A DNA stretch of 64,000 bases from an uncultured Acidobacteriota bacterium (lineage in GTDB: Bacteria > Acidobacteriota > Thermoanaerobaculia > Gp7-AA8). Numbering within the stretch: the first letter of the stretch is position 1; the number at the start of each line of letters is the position of its first letter. Under the pieces are notes generated by a model. The model did no database searches. It was not told the origin of the DNA and saw only the letters and a list, made by a program, of their open reading frames with translations. The stretch is from assembly GCA_963741955.1 (NCBI GenBank), contig CAVUKB010000007.1:160001-224000 (forward strand). The letters are read 5' to 3'. Positions 18,509 to 29,073 of this stretch are shown in pieces. A program made the translations under genes and the position numbers.

Positions 18509-20802
18509 CAGATCGTGCCGGAGGTGCGGACGATGGAGAGGTCGCCTCCGTTCGACGGAGCCGCGTACGCGGGCCGCCGCTGCAGGAGGCGTTTCCCATC
18601 CGGCGGGAGGCCGTAGGAGACGTCTTCCACGAAGACATCCACCGGTGCGTTCTGCTGGATGAGAAGATCGAGAATCACACCGTCGGGCGGCATGGTTGCG
18701 ATGAAGACGCCGATCCAGTCGGGATCCATGAAGCGATCGTAGGATGAAGAGAGCGGCAGCAGAGGAGCTCCGTTCACAGTGATCGAGCCGATCCGGGAAC
18801 GACCTTCGATGTAGATTCGGGCGCGCGGCGCATGCCGCGGCGAGGTGACCTGAAGTCGGAGGCTTCTTCCAGCCGCTGTCGATTCGTCGTTCAGAACGCG
18901 GATCTGCGGAGGAGGGAGACCGATCCACGGCGCGCCTGCAGCCCGGAATTCGGGTGTGGCGCGGAACCACGGCGCAGGATTCAGGGGCGGCTGGTTCCAT
19001 TGGGCCGCGCGCTCGACGCTCTCAGGAAGCTCGGTTCCCGAGACGATCCACTGCGACTCACCGGCGTCGGCGGCCTCGAACCAGGTGAAGTTGAGATGTT
19101 GCGGCGACGCCACCGACCATGGATAGACGAGAAGCGCAGCCACCAGCAGGCCCGCAGCAGCGATGCCGGAGACGATCAGGGCTCCACGCCGGAATGACGA
19201 TCCGGATGCCGCGATCAGAGGTGCGACCGTCATCGCGACGATCGCGACCAGGATTCCGCTCAACACCGCACCGGTCAGACCGAGCGCATCCCAGGTGAGC
19301 CACGCGATCGGAAAGAGGATCGCAGCAGCCGCGACTCCGCCGATTCCTGCGGCGGTCATCTGTGCCGTGTCCGCGTCGCGGAAGAGCACCGACCCGGCGA
19401 GGAGCGAAAGGTTCAGCGCGACCGAAGGCACCAGTGCGACATAGCTCGCCTCCGGGTACGCGAATGCCAGTCCGCACGCGATCGCGGTGAGCCAGAGGGC
19501 CGCACCTCCGATCATCCCGTCGACCCCCGCGAGGCGGAAGAACAGACGTGCGGAGACGAGACTCCAGAACGCGGCCCCGATCCAGAAGAACGCGATCGCC
19601 GGTTGCGGGTATGCGACCCACTGGGCGGGAAATGCACCGCTGCGCACGAGGAGCCAGGCGGCCGCCGCTCCTGCCAGAGCGGGAAGGATCACGGCGACGA
19701 TCCATGCGGCACTCCCGGCGCCGATCTCTCGTGCTCCGAAGGTTCGCCGTCTCCGCGCGAGGACGAGCGCGATCACGAAGAGAAGAATGTCGATCCCCGC
19801 GATGACGATGCTCCACCCCAGCGGCCAGTGCACCACGATGCTGTTGAAGAGATCGAACCAGACTTCCCTCGTCTGCGGCGTCGAATCGAGATCCGCGTCC
19901 GCGAATGCACGGACCATCGCCAGCGCGTTGTCGCCCTGCTGCTGGAGGCTTCCGCGAGAGAGATGGTCGAGATCGTCCAGCGGAGTGTGATACCGCAAGG
20001 GGTCGCCGATGAATGCGAAGTTCATCCCCGGGATGCCCGCGCGTCGGAAGACGGTGAAGTCGGTGTCGTTCGGCATCTCGCGGTAGATGCGGTAGAAGAG
20101 AGATCCGGTGGCAGGGCGGGCGAGAGCGTTCGCCATGGTGTCGACGATCCAGCCGTTCCCGCGACTGGTCTCGAACATCAGACTCGGACCCGAGGTGCCA
20201 CGCGCTTCCAGATTCACGACCGCGCCGATCTCACGCGCCCACGGATGAAGGCGCGTGAACGCCACCGCACCGAGCAACCCCGCTTCTTCTCCATCGTCGA
20301 ACAGAAAGACCACCGGATTTCTCGGAGGCGCGCCCTCTCGGAGGATTCGTGCGCTCTCCAGGAGAGTGACCACGCCCGAAAGATCGTCCGCGACGCCCGG
20401 AGCAGCTGCGACCGAATCGTAGTGCGCGGCGAGAAGGACCGCCGGACCTGACTCGCGCCCCGGGAGGCGGGCGAATATGTTCTCGACTTCGCCGCACACC
20501 GCGTTGCCGTTGCAGACGAACGCTTCCTGAATCTGGGGCTGATACCCGAGCAGGCGCAGCTCCTGGACGATGCGTTCCTTCAGAGCGCGATTGGTGGCGG
20601 AGCCGACCGGGTGGGGAGCGCCGGTGGGAACCAGCCGCTCCATCATCTGTGCCGCGCGTTCCGCGGAGAAGGACGAGCCGGCGTTCAGCGCCGCGCGTGG
20701 AGGCGCCGGCAGGAGCCGGATCACCACGATCAGAAAGACCACCGTGACCAGACCGCCCACCAGTGCGGCTGCGGCGCGGTATCGTGCTTCGATCGAAGTC
20801 AT
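18508..20802 (-). CDS. Membrane-bound M28 family metallopeptidase
   Basis: AHYDSV, DDLSG, GEEAGLLG, NLEARG, YHTPLD, followed by a multi-TM region. Confidence 0.92.
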   Translation of the reverse strand: MTSIEARYRAAAALVGGLVTVVFLIVVIRLLPAPPRAALNAGSSFSAERAAQMMERLVPTGAPHPVGSATNRALKERIVQELRLLGYQPQIQEAFVCNGNAVCGEVENIFARLPGRESGPAVLLAAHYDSVAAAPGVADDLSGVVTLLESARILREGAPPRNPVVFLFDDGEEAGLLGAVAFTRLHPWAREIGAVVNLEARGTSGPSLMFETSRGNGWIVDTMANALARPATGSLFYRIYREMPNDTDFTVFRRAGIPGMNFAFIGDPLRYHTPLDDLDHLSRGSLQQQGDNALAMVRAFADADLDSTPQTREVWFDLFNSIVVHWPLGWSIVIAGIDILLFVIALVLARRRRTFGAREIGAGSAAWIVAVILPALAGAAAAWLLVRSGAFPAQWVAYPQPAIAFFWIGAAFWSLVSARLFFRLAGVDGMIGGAALWLTAIACGLAFAYPEASYVALVPSVALNLSLLAGSVLFRDADTAQMTAAGIGGVAAAAILFPIAWLTWDALGLTGAVLSGILVAIVAMTVAPLIAASGSSFRRGALIVSGIAAAGLLVAALLVYPWSVASPQHLNFTWFEAADAGESQWIVSGTELPESVERAAQWNQPPLNPAPWFRATPEFRAAGAPWIGLPPPQIRVLNDESTAAGRSLRLQVTSPRHAPRARIYIEGRSRIGSITVNGAPLLPLSSSYDRFMDPDWIGVFIATMPPDGVILDLLIQQNAPVDVFVEDVSYGLPPDGKRLLQRRPAYAAPSNGGDLSIVRTSGTI

Positions 20803-21356
20803 GGTTTCGGAGCCTCGGGTTGTCGGGAGAAGCCGTCGGGCTGTGGTATCGCAGGAGACGTGGTGGAGCCGTCCGGATCGGCGAAACTGTCGTCGTCATC
20901 GATACGGTGTACGAGACTCTTCACTTGGACCTCACCGGGTGATCTGAACAATGTATAGCCGGAGTAGCTCTTCTCTGTAAAGGGAGGAACCAGGAGTTTC
21001 CGCAGTACCCGTTTCCGAACCAGGTTGCCTTCGTGATCGCGGTACTCGATGGTTGCACGGAACTCCCACGGCTGGTCGGTTCGGTTCGCGATCGAGAGGG
21101 TGAAATCGCGACGCACGAATCCCTCCTCCGTCCCGGTGATCTCATCCCGGAACGTCGAGTCCCACCCCGTCTGACGGTCGTCCCGCCGGTCCTCGCGCCG
21201 TAATCCGAGAATGGTGAAGGTAGCGTCGCGGTCGAGCGGACGCGAGCGGACCACGATCTCCTTGCGGCTGGATGCCCGCAGCGGTTTCTCCCGGCCGCAG
21301 GAGAGAGCCGGCGTGACGAGGAGACCGAGCAGAAGAACAGTCAACGCTCGTTTCAC
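20799..21356 (-). CDS. Hypothetical lipoprotein
   Basis: Signal peptide with ALSC lipobox; overlaps both neighbours by 4 nt. Confidence 0.7.
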   Translation of the reverse strand: MKRALTVLLLGLLVTPALSCGREKPLRASSRKEIVVRSRPLDRDATFTILGLRREDRRDDRQTGWDSTFRDEITGTEEGFVRRDFTLSIANRTDQPWEFRATIEYRDHEGNLVRKRVLRKLLVPPFTEKSYSGYTLFRSPGEVQVKSLVHRIDDDDSFADPDGSTTSPAIPQPDGFSRQPEAPKP

Positions 21357-22450
21357 GATTGATCCCTGATCTGGCGCCGGAACGAGCGGAGCGTCACCAC
21401 GATCAGGGTCAGCACCGTGATCGGAATGACGAAGGTCATCATCGACCGGCTGAAGATCGGAAGTGCGTCGTGTTCCGTCGCCTGAAGAACGAGGTACGCG
21501 ACGTACGCGGCGTAGTAGAAGACGAAGATCGCTCCTTCCCAGCGCGCGATGCGGTAGCCGTTGAAGAAGATCGGAAGACAGGCCACCGCGACCGCGAGCA
21601 TCACCGGCATGTCGAACGACACCGCCGATGCCGGTACGCCGACGCCTGCGGGAGCGACCATCGCCGTGACTCCCAGTACTGCCAGAACGTTGAAGATATT
21701 GGATCCGACGACGTTGCCGACCGAGATGTCCCGCTCTCCTCGGAACGATGCGATCACCGACGTCGCCAGCTCCGGCAGGCCCGTCCCGACCGCGACGACC
21801 GTCAGTCCGATCACCAGCTGGCTGATCCCGAAGAGAGAGGCGATGACTGTCGCGGAGTGGACCAGCCAGCGGGCTCCCAGCCAGAGGAGGAACGTTCCCG
21901 CCGCGATCAGGAGGAGGTCGATTCCAGCGTGCCGTCTCCGTGGTGTCTCGGGTGCTTCGCCGTATTTCTTCTCGTACTCCTGGCGAACGCGGCGCGTCTC
22001 CCGGCGGCTCTTCAGTATCGCGAAGACGGTATAGACCGCCGATCCGATCGCGAGAACGATCCCGTCGATCCTCGACAGGACGCCGTCGAGCGACATCAGA
22101 TAGAGAACGCCGAAGATGCCGATCATCAGCGGGACGTCGAGGCGAATCAGCTGCTGATGGACGACCAGAGGCGCTGCGACGGCGGAGATCCCGAGGATCA
22201 GGAGGATGTTGGCGATGTTACTCCCGACCACGTTGCCGACCGCCAGATCACTATGACCGGCCAGTGCGGCACTGACGCTCACTGCGAGTTCTGGGGCGCT
22301 CGTTCCGTACGCCACTACGGTGAGTCCGACCACCAGCGGAGAGATTCCTGCTGCGACCGCGATGCTGGATGCACCGCGTACGAGAAGATCGGCTCCGGCG
22401 ACGAGTGCCGCGATCCCCAGACAGAACAGAACGATGGTGAGAACCGACAT
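21353..22450 (-). CDS. yrbG: Calcium/sodium antiporter (CaCA/YrbG), copy with GTGLPE
   Basis: GTSAPE and GTGLPE alpha repeats, two GNVVGSNI. Confidence 0.93.
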   Translation of the reverse strand: MSVLTIVLFCLGIAALVAGADLLVRGASSIAVAAGISPLVVGLTVVAYGTSAPELAVSVSAALAGHSDLAVGNVVGSNIANILLILGISAVAAPLVVHQQLIRLDVPLMIGIFGVLYLMSLDGVLSRIDGIVLAIGSAVYTVFAILKSRRETRRVRQEYEKKYGEAPETPRRRHAGIDLLLIAAGTFLLWLGARWLVHSATVIASLFGISQLVIGLTVVAVGTGLPELATSVIASFRGERDISVGNVVGSNIFNVLAVLGVTAMVAPAGVGVPASAVSFDMPVMLAVAVACLPIFFNGYRIARWEGAIFVFYYAAYVAYLVLQATEHDALPIFSRSMMTFVIPITVLTLIVVTLRSFRRQIRDQS

Positions 22451-22553
22451 GATCGATCGGAAGCTCCGGCTTCGATGCTATCAGACGGGCGGCGGTGATT
22501 CGCCAACATCGATCCTTATTGGGTGGGCCGTCGCCGCCTGGCAGCACTCCGTC

Positions 22554-23660
22554 TCACTCTTCCGGATGCGAACGGGATCGTTTTCTGATCTCGAATATCG
22601 TCACCACCGCGAGCGTCACTGCCGTGATCGGGAGAACGAACCAGATCATCACCCGCTCGAAGAGGATCATCCGCGACGCGTCCGTCGCCTTCATCACCAC
22701 ATACGTCGTGTACGCCCCGTAGTAGAAGAGAAAGAACGCCCCCTCCCAACGTTCGATCCGTGAACCCGAGAAGAAGACGGGGAGGCACGCGACCGCGACT
22801 ACCAGCATCACCGGAATGTCGAATCCGATGGCGGACTCGGAGACGTGAACTCCGCCGGGAACCACTGCCGCGGAGAGCCCGAGCACCGCGAGAATATTGA
22901 AGATGTTCGAGCCGACGACATTGCCGACCGAGATGTCGCGCTCTCCGCGCGCCGCGGCGACGACGGACGTCGCGAGCTCCGGAAGGGAGGTTCCCACCGC
23001 CACGACGGTGAGGCCGATCACCAGAGAGCTGATGTGGAACATCTCCGCCAGCGTCGTGGCACCCGTCACCAGCCAGCGCGATCCGAGCCAGAGAAGGAAG
23101 ATCCCGACGGCGATGAGCGCGAAATCCGTGGCGATACGCGCCGGCTTGCGTTCCTCCGCTGGTGACGCGCCGTACTCCTGTTCGTACTCTTCCTTCACTG
23201 CTCTCGTCTCGCTGCGGCTCTTGCGGATCGCAAAGAGCGTGTACGCGATCGCCCCGGCGAAGAGGATCGCTCCTTCCAGGGGCGACACTACGCCGTTCCA
23301 GCTCATCCCGAGGAGCACTCCGGAAATCAGTACCATCAGGGGGACGTCGAGCCGGATCAGCTGCTGCGCGACGGCGAGCGGCGCGACGAGCGCGGAAACG
23401 CCGAGGATCAGGAGGACGTTCGCGATGTTGCTGCCGACCACGTTGCCGATCGCGATGTCCGCCTGCCCGACCAGAATCGCGTGGATGCTCACCGCGAGCT
23501 CCGGCGCACTCGTTCCGTATGCGACGACGGTCAGTCCGACCACCAGCGGCGAGATCCCCATCGACGTCGCGAGTCGCGAAGCTCCCCGAACCAGAAGATC
23601 TGCCCCTCCGACCAGGAGAGCGATCCCTGCGAGCAGCATCGCGATCGTGATCCAGCTCAT
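22554..23660 (-). CDS. yrbG: Calcium/sodium antiporter (CaCA/YrbG), copy with GTSLPE
   Basis: GTSAPE and GTSLPE alpha repeats, two GNVVGSNI. Confidence 0.93.
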   Translation of the reverse strand: MSWITIAMLLAGIALLVGGADLLVRGASRLATSMGISPLVVGLTVVAYGTSAPELAVSIHAILVGQADIAIGNVVGSNIANVLLILGVSALVAPLAVAQQLIRLDVPLMVLISGVLLGMSWNGVVSPLEGAILFAGAIAYTLFAIRKSRSETRAVKEEYEQEYGASPAEERKPARIATDFALIAVGIFLLWLGSRWLVTGATTLAEMFHISSLVIGLTVVAVGTSLPELATSVVAAARGERDISVGNVVGSNIFNILAVLGLSAAVVPGGVHVSESAIGFDIPVMLVVAVACLPVFFSGSRIERWEGAFFLFYYGAYTTYVVMKATDASRMILFERVMIWFVLPITAVTLAVVTIFEIRKRSRSHPEE

Positions 23661-23730
23661 CGACTGCGAATTGTAACCGCAAGTGAGAGGTCGGATCTGG
23701 TATCGAGTATCTGATTTCTGTTATCTAAGA

Positions 23731-23755
23731 ACATCCGACATCCGACATCCAACAT
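23731..23755. repeat. Heptamer run (ACATCCG)n
   Basis: ACATCCG ACATCCG ACATCCA ACAT in the divergent promoter region. Confidence 0.6.
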
Positions 23756-23765
23756 GGGGGGCTTC

Positions 23766-26700
23766 ATGAAACGACTCGCCACGCTTCTCGTCGTCTCTTT
23801 CGCGATGTGTGCGGCTTCGATCGCGCACGGGGCCACACCTGCACTGAGCCAGCCGGCCCTCTCTCCCGATGGGAGCGAGATCGCATTCGTCGCCGGCGGC
23901 GACATCTGGACCGTCCCGGCGAAAGGAGGCGTGGCGCGGCTGCTGGTTGCGAGCCCCGCGACCGACTCGAGGCCTCTCTACTCTCCGGACGGAAAGTTTC
24001 TCGCCTTCGACTCCGACCGCAGCGGCAATGGTGACGTCTACCTGCTCGATCTGCGGAGTGGAGCTCTCCGGCGACTGACCTGGGACGATGGATTCGAGTC
24101 GCTCGACTCCATCTCGAAAGACGGCCGCTGGATCTACTACTCCTCCAACAGCGCCGACGTCTCGGGGATGGACGACGTCTACCGAGTCAGCGTCGACGGC
24201 GGAACTCCGATGATCGTGTCGGGCGAGCGTTACACCAACGAGTATTTCGCCGATCCGTCGCCGGACGGAAAGACTCTCGCTCTGACCGCACTCGGAATCG
24301 TCTCCGGCCAGTGGTGGCGCCACGGCCACAGCCACATCGATACCACCGAGATCTGGACCAGGCGACTGGACGGAGATCCCGGCTACACGAAGATCGTCGC
24401 CGGAAACGCGAAGAACGCGTGGCCGATGTGGAGCCCGTCCGGCGACCGGATCTACTTCATGTCGGATCGGGACGGCAACGAGAACCTCTGGTCCACCACT
24501 CTGTCGGGTGATCTTGCGCAGCTCACCCGCTTCACCGACGGGCGGGTGCTCTGGCCGACCATCGCTGCGAACGGGAGCGCGATCGCCTTCGAGCGCGATT
24601 TCGGAATCTCGCTTCTCGACCTCACCACCGGCGGGGTCGCTCCCGTCACCGTCGATCTTCTCGGCGCGCCCGGATCGATCCCGGTCGAGCACCGCCGGTT
24701 CAGCAGTGACATCGACGAAGTCTCGCTCTCTCCGGACGGAAAGAAAGTGGCCTTCGTCGTTCACGGCGAAGTCTTCGCCGCGGATGCGAAAGAGGGTGGC
24801 GACGCGTTCCGCGTCACGACCACCCCCGCCGCGGAATCTCAGATCTCCTGGGCCCCTGACTCGAAGCGACTCGTCTACGTCTCCGAGAGAGGGGGTGCTC
24901 CGGGCATCTGGAGCTACGACTTCGGGAGCGGGAAGGAGACCCGCATCTCTCAGGGGAGCGGCGCCGATTTCGCCCCCTTCTTCTCGCCCGACGGGAAGAG
25001 CATCGCGTACCTGCGGAACGGGCGCGAGATACACATCGTGAGTGCCGGCGGGAGCGGCGATCGCGTCATCGCGACGGCGAACGTCGACATCCGTCCCCCG
25101 CTCCAGTCGACCCGTCCTTACGTCTGGTCGCACGACGGGCGCTGGATCGCGTTCATGGCGTCGGGCGAACGGATGTTCCGCAACGCGTGGGTCGTGCCGG
25201 TCGACGGATCATCCACCCCGGCGGAGGCGAGCTTCCTCGCCAACGTGAACAACGACACGGTGAGCTGGAGCCCGGACGGAACCTACCTTCTGTTCGACAG
25301 TTCGCAGCGCACCGAGCCGGGCGAGGTCGCGCGCGTCGACCTCGTGGCGGAGACGCCGAAGTTCCGAGAGCAGCAGTTCCGGGAGCTCTTCGAGGAACAG
25401 ACGCCGAAGAGCGTGCCTTCGAACAAGGAGCGCGCGAAAACCGCAACCACGAACAGCGGCGGAAACGGCTCGACCGAAAAGGAGAACGCGATCGCGCCGG
25501 TGAAGATCGATCTCGCCGGAATTCGCTCACGGCTGACCCTCCTCCCACTCGGAATCGACGTCAGTTCCGTGGCGATCAGCCCGGACGGTAAGCACCTTCT
25601 GGTCGATGCGACCTCCGCAGGCCAGGAGAATCTTTACGTCTATCCTCTCGATCCTCTCTCGAAAGACGAGCCGGTCGCGAAGCAGATCACCTCGACCACC
25701 GGATCGAAGCGAAGCGCGCACTTCACTCCCGACTCGAAGGAAGTGATCTACCTCGATCGCGGGAAGATCATGCGCGTCTCGATCGACGATGAAAAGACGA
25801 AGCCGATCGCCGTCACCGCAGAGATGGACGTCGACTTCGGCCGCGACAAGCTCGAAGCATTCGATCAGGCCTGGAGCTGGATGAGGGATCTCTTCCACGA
25901 TCCGAAGATGAACGGCGCGGACTGGAACCTCGTTCGCCGCGAGTTTCAGCCCCGGGTCGAAGCGGCTTCCACTCCTGACGGCTTCCGCCGCCTCCTGTCG
26001 CTGATGGTCGGAGAGCTCAACGCCTCGCATCTGGGCGCGCGCTCGAGTGATCGACCGGAACGGACCACGGGGCACCTCGGGCTCCGCTTCGACCGCGATG
26101 CGTACGAGAAGAACGGCATTCTCGAGATCACGGAAGTGGTGCCGCTCTCTCCCGCTGCAGTGAGCGGGAAAATTGCGGCCGGCGATGTTCTCCTGGCGAT
26201 CGATGGCAAGTCGGTCGATCGCTCCACTCCTCTCGCGATGCTGCTCGATCACCGGATCGGTAAAGAGACGCGCCTGACGGTGAGCTCGCCGGGAAGCTCG
26301 GTGCGTCGCGACGTTGCAGTCAAGCCGGTGAGTCTGGGGTCGGCGAAAGAGCTGCTGTACAGAGCGTGGGTGGAGAGCAACCGCGCATACGTCGATCGGA
26401 TCAGTGGAGGACGTCTCGGCTACGTGCACATGGCCGACATGTCGTCCGATTCACTCGCACGCCTGATGGTGGATCTCGATGCGCAGAACCTGTCGCGCGA
26501 TGGCGTGGTGATCGACATCCGCAACAACAACGGCGGTTTCGTCAACGCTTATGCGCTCGACGTCTTCGGCCGGCGGCACTATCTGAACATGACCTTCCGC
26601 GGAATGGACACCGTGCCGGCGCGTTCGGTACTCGGCCAGCGCGCGCTCGAAAAACCGACCGTTCTGGTGACCAACCGCCATTCACTCTCCGATGCGGAGG

Positions 26701-26993
26701 ATTTTGCGCAGGGATACCGCGCGATGCAGCTCGGGAAAGTCGTCGGGGAGCCGACGGCGGGGTGGATCATCTACACCACGAATCAGCAACTGGTCGACGG
26801 GACGATCTTCCGGATCCCGTTCATCACGATTTCCACGGCCGAAGGTGAGCCGATGGAGCTCCATCCCCGTCCAGTCGACGTGAAGGTCGAGCGCGCTCCC
26901 GGCGAAGAACCGAAAGGCGTGGATTCCCAGCTCGATGCGGCGGTGAAGGAGCTTCTCGGTCAGATCGCCGGAAGCGCGCCTGCGCTGCGCTGA
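23766..26993 (+). CDS. Tricorn-like S41 protease (PD40 propellers, PDZ, S41 core)
   Basis: Signal peptide, many SPDG repeats, ELNASH, IDIRNNNGG, catalytic SDAE, DSQLDAAV. Confidence 0.93.
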   Translation: MKRLATLLVVSFAMCAASIAHGATPALSQPALSPDGSEIAFVAGGDIWTVPAKGGVARLLVASPATDSRPLYSPDGKFLAFDSDRSGNGDVYLLDLRSGALRRLTWDDGFESLDSISKDGRWIYYSSNSADVSGMDDVYRVSVDGGTPMIVSGERYTNEYFADPSPDGKTLALTALGIVSGQWWRHGHSHIDTTEIWTRRLDGDPGYTKIVAGNAKNAWPMWSPSGDRIYFMSDRDGNENLWSTTLSGDLAQLTRFTDGRVLWPTIAANGSAIAFERDFGISLLDLTTGGVAPVTVDLLGAPGSIPVEHRRFSSDIDEVSLSPDGKKVAFVVHGEVFAADAKEGGDAFRVTTTPAAESQISWAPDSKRLVYVSERGGAPGIWSYDFGSGKETRISQGSGADFAPFFSPDGKSIAYLRNGREIHIVSAGGSGDRVIATANVDIRPPLQSTRPYVWSHDGRWIAFMASGERMFRNAWVVPVDGSSTPAEASFLANVNNDTVSWSPDGTYLLFDSSQRTEPGEVARVDLVAETPKFREQQFRELFEEQTPKSVPSNKERAKTATTNSGGNGSTEKENAIAPVKIDLAGIRSRLTLLPLGIDVSSVAISPDGKHLLVDATSAGQENLYVYPLDPLSKDEPVAKQITSTTGSKRSAHFTPDSKEVIYLDRGKIMRVSIDDEKTKPIAVTAEMDVDFGRDKLEAFDQAWSWMRDLFHDPKMNGADWNLVRREFQPRVEAASTPDGFRRLLSLMVGELNASHLGARSSDRPERTTGHLGLRFDRDAYEKNGILEITEVVPLSPAAVSGKIAAGDVLLAIDGKSVDRSTPLAMLLDHRIGKETRLTVSSPGSSVRRDVAVKPVSLGSAKELLYRAWVESNRAYVDRISGGRLGYVHMADMSSDSLARLMVDLDAQNLSRDGVVIDIRNNNGGFVNAYALDVFGRRHYLNMTFRGMDTVPARSVLGQRALEKPTVLVTNRHSLSDAEDFAQGYRAMQLGKVVGEPTAGWIIYTTNQQLVDGTIFRIPFITISTAEGEPMELHPRPVDVKVERAPGEEPKGVDSQLDAAVKELLGQIAGSAPALR

Positions 26994-27003
26994 GAGAAGG
27001 TCG

Positions 27004-27044
27004 TGGACACGCGCTGACGGATCGACGCCGTCAGCGCGTGTCCA
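27004..27044. repeat. Perfect 17-bp-stem hairpin (REP-like or terminator) between convergent genes
   Basis: TGGACACGCGCTGACGG-N7-CCGTCAGCGCGTGTCCA, preceded by G (GTGG); no U-tract. Confidence 0.7.
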
Positions 27045-27175
27045 GCTCCGATTTTCCGGGCGGGACGTTGCGGCCGGGGTCCGGCCGAACCGGTCTGCTC
27101 GCGCCGCCTCGACGCGAGCACCCACTCGCCGGAGGGATCTCCTCTTCGCGATGTACGACGATCGGATCGATTGCG

Positions 27176-28651
27176 TCAGATTGATCCCGCTCCCCCTGCG
27201 ATACCGGGAACACCGAGCCGTTTACGCTCCGTTTCGATCGCGCTGATCCACTCCGGGCTGCAGAGTGGATGTCTGGCCGCTGAGGTGAGGAGAGACGACG
27301 CGGTGTCGACCTCGCCGAGCCTTCCTCGAATGGTCGCCAGCCGGACCGTTGCCCGGAGTGCCGCGAGCCCGTCGGGGTCGACGTGGACGAGTTCCGAGTA
27401 GAGGTCGAGAGCCCACCGCACCTCGCCGTCCTTTTCGAGCCACGCCGCGGCCCGGGCGAGAAAGCGAGGGTCGGGTCTTGCAGAAGCCGAGGTGACCTCG
27501 CGGATCAGCGCCGTCGCCACCTCGCTTTCGCCGTGCCGGATCGCGTGTTCGAGAAGACGGAGTGCACTCTCGCCGTACAACCGCCAATCCCGGGAGGCGA
27601 GAGCGATCTCGCAGGCGAGCCTTCGTGCGTCGATGTTCTCCGGCTCGCGGTGCAGAAGAGAACGAATGGTACGGGAGGCCATTTCGACATCTCCCTCTCG
27701 AAAGGCATCCATAGCATGGATCAGCTGCTCACTCTGCTGCCACGAGATCTGGCCCTCGATTTTCGGGTGGATGAACTTCTGCTCGATTCCGAAGCCGCGC
27801 ATCACGAGCCCGATGACGATACCCCAGACGAACCCGCCCACGTGAGCCCAGAACGCAACGCCGCTCGATCCGCTGTCGGTCACTGCGAGAAACATCTGCG
27901 ATGCGAACCAGAACGGAAGAACCACGAACGCCGGAAGAAAGAAACGATAGTGCCAGGTGGGCCGCCAGAGGAAGGGGACGAGAATGAACTCGAGCCTGGT
28001 TCGAATGAACCGTACCAGGTAGGCGCCCATCACCGCAGCGATCGCTCCCGAAGCACCGATGAGCGGGACGTAGCTTCCCGGATGGTGCCACACGTACGTC
28101 TCGGTCGCGATGATTCCGCCGGAGAAGTAGAGGAACACGAAGATCGGCCGTCCGAAAACGTCCTCGACGAACGGAGCGGTGACGAAGAAGAACAGCAGGT
28201 TCCCGAGTAGGTGCATCAGATCGCCGTGCATGAACATCGACGTGATCAGCGTGAGCACCGACGGTTCTGCGGGAACGTAGGCGAACCGGAGAAGTGGAAT
28301 GGTCCGGCTCATCCGCTGAAAATCGGCAGCGAGCGAGTCCAGATGCTTCTGCTGGCGCTGAATCTCGGAGCTGTCCCCGAGGTCTCCTGGAATCGACGCC
28401 GGATTACGAAGCCTTTCGGCGGGGGAGAGAAATCGCTCGATCTGCGGAGGAACCTGAAGATACGGATGGTCAGAGAGATAAGTGAAAGTCTCCTGCCACT
28501 TCGCTTCGATCGGGCCGACGTCCATCCCGGTCATCGCCCCGTGCACGCCGAGGAACATCAGGATGTTCAGAGCGATGACCGCGTACGACACCCAGGCGTG
28601 GCGTCGAACTTCGGCGTTCTCCCGGCCGATGGGCAGAAAGAGCATCAGCAA
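27176..28651 (-). CDS. Rhomboid intramembrane serine protease with C-terminal TPR-like region
   Basis: FMHGD.MHLLGN, GASGA, AHVGGF; start codon uncertain. Confidence 0.9.
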   Translation of the reverse strand: MLMLFLPIGRENAEVRRHAWVSYAVIALNILMFLGVHGAMTGMDVGPIEAKWQETFTYLSDHPYLQVPPQIERFLSPAERLRNPASIPGDLGDSSEIQRQQKHLDSLAADFQRMSRTIPLLRFAYVPAEPSVLTLITSMFMHGDLMHLLGNLLFFFVTAPFVEDVFGRPIFVFLYFSGGIIATETYVWHHPGSYVPLIGASGAIAAVMGAYLVRFIRTRLEFILVPFLWRPTWHYRFFLPAFVVLPFWFASQMFLAVTDSGSSGVAFWAHVGGFVWGIVIGLVMRGFGIEQKFIHPKIEGQISWQQSEQLIHAMDAFREGDVEMASRTIRSLLHREPENIDARRLACEIALASRDWRLYGESALRLLEHAIRHGESEVATALIREVTSASARPDPRFLARAAAWLEKDGEVRWALDLYSELVHVDPDGLAALRATVRLATIRGRLGEVDTASSLLTSAARHPLCSPEWISAIETERKRLGVPGIAGGAGSI

Positions 28652-28812
28652 CCTCGGAAGCAGGATTTTCCCGAGTGTAACAGAGTGGCGCCCGACGATG
28701 GCCGGCGGGAAATAACCCCCCCCGGACCTGCGTTGCTCGCTGCAATGCCCCGGACGGGCTATGGATTGGCCCGAGCGGCCGAACGTTCAACGTTCAAGGA
28801 GAATTCAGTTAC

Positions 28813-29016
28813 ATGAGAAGCAATGGAAAAGTGAAGTGGTTCAACGAGACCAAGGGATTCGGTTTCATCACCAGCGAAACCGGCGAGGATGTTTTCGTCC
28901 ATTACACGGCGATCCAGTCGCAGGGATTCCGTACTCTCCCGGAAGGCGCAAACGTCGAGTTCGATGTCGTCCAGGGTCCGAAGGGCCTTCAGGCTTCGAA
29001 CGTGACACTCGTCTGA
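28813..29016 (+). CDS. Cold-shock protein (CspA family)
   Basis: GKVKWFN..KGFGFI, DVFVHY, GPKG.QA.NV. Confidence 0.96.
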   Translation: MRSNGKVKWFNETKGFGFITSETGEDVFVHYTAIQSQGFRTLPEGANVEFDVVQGPKGLQASNVTLV

Positions 29017-29041
29017 GCGTCCGGACCACTCGACCGCCGAG

Positions 29042-29070
29042 AGCGGCTCCCGCGCGGAGCCGCTTTTTTT
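29042..29070 (+). terminator. Intrinsic terminator
   Basis: AGCGGCTCC-N5-GGAGCCGCT followed by a T run. Confidence 0.85.
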
Positions 29071-29073
29071 CGT

